DNA of 64,000 nt from an uncultured Acidobacteriota bacterium (GTDB taxonomy: Bacteria > Acidobacteriota > Terriglobia > UBA7540). Location: positions 1,248,001 through 1,312,000 of the forward strand of contig CAWDSK010000003.1 of assembly GCA_963804995.1 (NCBI GenBank), written 5' to 3'. Below the pieces are notes generated by a model. That model was not told where the DNA came from, did not search any database, and saw nothing but the letters and a program-made list of their open reading frames with translations. Shown here one piece after another: positions 61,667-64,000 of the stretch (position 1 is its first letter; the number at the start of each line of letters is the position of its first letter). The position numbers were made by a program, and so were the translations under genes.

Positions 61667-63817
61667 TCACATCCTCACCAATTCCACGCGCCGATTTTTG
61701 GCACGGCCCTCGGGCTTGCCATTGTCGTCAATGGGGTTGCTGTCGCCGTATCCCGCCGAACTCAGCCGGTCAGCCGCGATGCCCGCTTTTGTCAGCGCAT
61801 CCACCACTGCCGCGGCGCGCGCCTGTGAAAGCTTGACGTTGTATTCGTGTGTCCCCACATTGTCGGTGTAGCCGTTGATGGAAAGCTTGAGATCCGGGGA
61901 CTGCTTCATCATGCGGATCACTTCGTTGACGGTGGGCTTACTCTCCGGCTTGATGATGGCCTTGTCGAAGTCGAAGTTGATGTAGATCGTCACGCGGCCA
62001 TGGCGATCGATCTCCGCCTTGAGTTCCTCCGCGGTAGTTGGCGGGGGTGCAACGGAAAGTTCGCCGGGGGTCGGCTGGACGAGTTGCAGGCAGAGCGTGT
62101 TCGTCTTGCCGGCCGCATCCACACCCTTCACCTGGAGCGCCTGGGGAGTGGAAGGTGCGTTGGCGGGCATCGTCAGGGAAAACTTGGCTTCGGCCAGGCC
62201 GTCCACGCCCACGGACGCGGGAGCGAAGCTGGCCTGCATGCCGTCCAGGCCGGGGGAGGCCGTGACCGAGAGGCTGACGGTCCCCTTGTAACCCTGGTTA
62301 GAAAGCAGGGTCAGGGGGTAGTCGTAGCTCCGGCCTGGCAGGAGCGGCCGTTCTATCAAACGCGTTTCGGTGGTGACCACAAAGTCGCCGATGCGCGCGG
62401 CACACGGCAAGTTGTCAGGATCGAATCCCTGGGCGAGTTCGCGGCCGACGAGGGTGTTAAACCCGACCGTACCTGTCATGTCGATGTCGAATCCGTTGTA
62501 GATAATTAACCCGCGGCCATAATGAGCGTAGGTATAAGCAAAGCCAAAAACGTTGTTCACGTTACGCACCACCATCTGACCGCACCAATGAGGGTCCCAG
62601 GCGACCAAGGTGTTCGAGTCGCCGAGCTCGTTGCGGTAATCATCCGTACTATTTTCCCAGGCGGCCACGTCGATGTACCCGGGTTGACCCCGGTGGCCGT
62701 GCGCCATCCAGTTCTCCTCCACGAAACGCAGGAAGTTGCCCGGCGCTCCCTGCGCTCCCGGGTTATTGGTCTTGAAGAGGTACGGCAACCACGAGTAATC
62801 GGGGCCGGCTTGGCACTTGTCCGCATCGTGGATGATCAGTTTGTTGCCTTCGGCAACCCAGGGCGCGAGCACGGGTTTGAACTCCGCCGCGAGCGGTGTG
62901 GGGTTGCCCTCGCAGACCTGCTCCAGCACGACCGTGTCATAACCCTCCTTGGGGGAGAGCATCCAGGGCCGGGCCCGGTTCCCGGGAACAACGGTGTAAT
63001 CCGCGCGCCCCGCTGCTGCCAGGTCAGGCCGCTGTTGGAGATAGTCCGGATGGTTCTTCAGGTAGACCCCCCCGGTGGCTGCGTCTGCATTGGTCCAGGG
63101 CGCCGATCCGAGCACCAGGACGCGTTTGCTTTCACCGTGACCCGGCGGCGGGGGCGTGGGAGGTACGGGCACACAAGCCGGGGGAGTTCCGGCAGCAGGC
63201 ACCGCGGTGCCTGCGCCCGAGGAGGCCCGCGGCCCCATCAGGTCTGGGCGGCGGGCCAGGAGCGGCGTGTAGCCGGACCGCCGTGACTCCAGCACCTTCA
63301 GCTCAGAAATCTGGAACATCTCGCCACCTGCCTGGTTGTGCAGCAGCCGTAACTGAACGTAGCGCGCCTCCACCGGGTCAAAGCGGATAGTGTTCTCACC
63401 CGTCCCGGGCAGCGCGGCGGTGGCGACTCGTGTGAAGCCCTGCTTCGGTCCGGTACTGGATACCCACACCTCCACATCGCGCGCCGTGTTGCTAGGCGGT
63501 GCGCTGGGGTCGACAAAAATCGTGACGCGGTCGATCAGTACGGATTCGTGATCCGCGAACGACAGCACTATCTCCTTGGGCCCGGGATCGTCGGCCGACA
63601 TCCACAAGGTTTCTTTGTCCCCGTCGATGAGGTTCAGCAGGCTGTCTTGCCCGCCCAAGTTGTCATCCGCGGTTCCGGTCGCGCTCTCCACTTTCCCGCC
63701 CCACTCGAGTGCCGCTACGTTTCCATCGAACTGGCGCGCCGCAGCTTGGGCGGCCAGGGCCACGGCCACACTAAGTAAGGCCACTCCCCCGATCGTGAGA
63801 CCAACCAACTTCTTCAT
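61667..63817 (-). CDS. OmpA-family protein with discoidin-like domain, paralogue of 59366-61606
   Basis: Same architecture; NLIDGD..W, RDVEVWVS, ARYVQLRL; near-identical OmpA domain. Confidence 0.88.
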   Translation of the reverse strand: MKKLVGLTIGGVALLSVAVALAAQAAARQFDGNVAALEWGGKVESATGTADDNLGGQDSLLNLIDGDKETLWMSADDPGPKEIVLSFADHESVLIDRVTIFVDPSAPPSNTARDVEVWVSSTGPKQGFTRVATAALPGTGENTIRFDPVEARYVQLRLLHNQAGGEMFQISELKVLESRRSGYTPLLARRPDLMGPRASSGAGTAVPAAGTPPACVPVPPTPPPPGHGESKRVLVLGSAPWTNADAATGGVYLKNHPDYLQQRPDLAAAGRADYTVVPGNRARPWMLSPKEGYDTVVLEQVCEGNPTPLAAEFKPVLAPWVAEGNKLIIHDADKCQAGPDYSWLPYLFKTNNPGAQGAPGNFLRFVEENWMAHGHRGQPGYIDVAAWENSTDDYRNELGDSNTLVAWDPHWCGQMVVRNVNNVFGFAYTYAHYGRGLIIYNGFDIDMTGTVGFNTLVGRELAQGFDPDNLPCAARIGDFVVTTETRLIERPLLPGRSYDYPLTLLSNQGYKGTVSLSVTASPGLDGMQASFAPASVGVDGLAEAKFSLTMPANAPSTPQALQVKGVDAAGKTNTLCLQLVQPTPGELSVAPPPTTAEELKAEIDRHGRVTIYINFDFDKAIIKPESKPTVNEVIRMMKQSPDLKLSINGYTDNVGTHEYNVKLSQARAAAVVDALTKAGIAADRLSSAGYGDSNPIDDNGKPEGRAKNRRVELVRM

Positions 63818-63842
63818 AAGTCCTCCCTGATGCGTGTTCCGG

Positions 63843-64000
63843 GTCACGACCCGGCATGAGGGCTCAGGCGGCGGTCAGGAATACAATGAAGAAGAGAATT
63901 GCGGCACGCCCAAGACGGCTTGCCTGAGTCCGTAATGAATATCCTTCTCAAAGGTATAAGGCCGGATACCAGCAAAGAAATGGAGCCGTCCCCCTTTGAC
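63843..64000. repeat. ~157-bp direct repeat, copy 2 (runs to the window edge)
   Basis: Closely similar to 57498-57654. Confidence 0.92.

Noticed and set aside
59361..62051. Diversity-generating retroelement TR/VR pair
   Set aside because: Both copies are coding OmpA domains, the differences are not adenine-specific, and there is no reverse transcriptase in the window.

Overview
A GC-rich bacterial window, probably Acidobacteriota/Terriglobia. This is inferred from the Oar-like TonB-dependent receptors with carboxypeptidase-regulatory N-termini and from gene style; it is not proven. 1-7.8 kb: LacI-linked amino-sugar/glycan utilisation locus. 9.9-11.6 kb: complete IS110-family (IS1111-type) element whose downstream non-coding region carries guide segments matching its own insertion site. 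12-25 kb: VapBC pair, then core genes (rfaE2, split mfd, SurA-like, yhaM-like, fabZ-like, dusB, PilZ-like, rsmI, TonB) and tRNA-Gln(CTG). 25-45 kb: accessory mosaic with IS1380 and glgP remnants, phnWX plus a TonB receptor and an MFS transporter, a lower-GC defence cassette (diadenylate-cyclase-domain gene + patatin + CD-NTase, i.e. CBASS with a second nucleotide cyclase), psd/lgt-like genes and an integrase remnant. 45-64 kb: cluster of secreted proteins, lipoproteins and two OmpA paralogues, with an orphan structured non-coding segment and a ~157-bp direct repeat. Five single-base insertions (four of them frameshifts) fall on the same CTCGA motif, which suggests a sequencing artefact, possibly at a methylated site. 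All calls come from motif recognition by eye; no searches were run.
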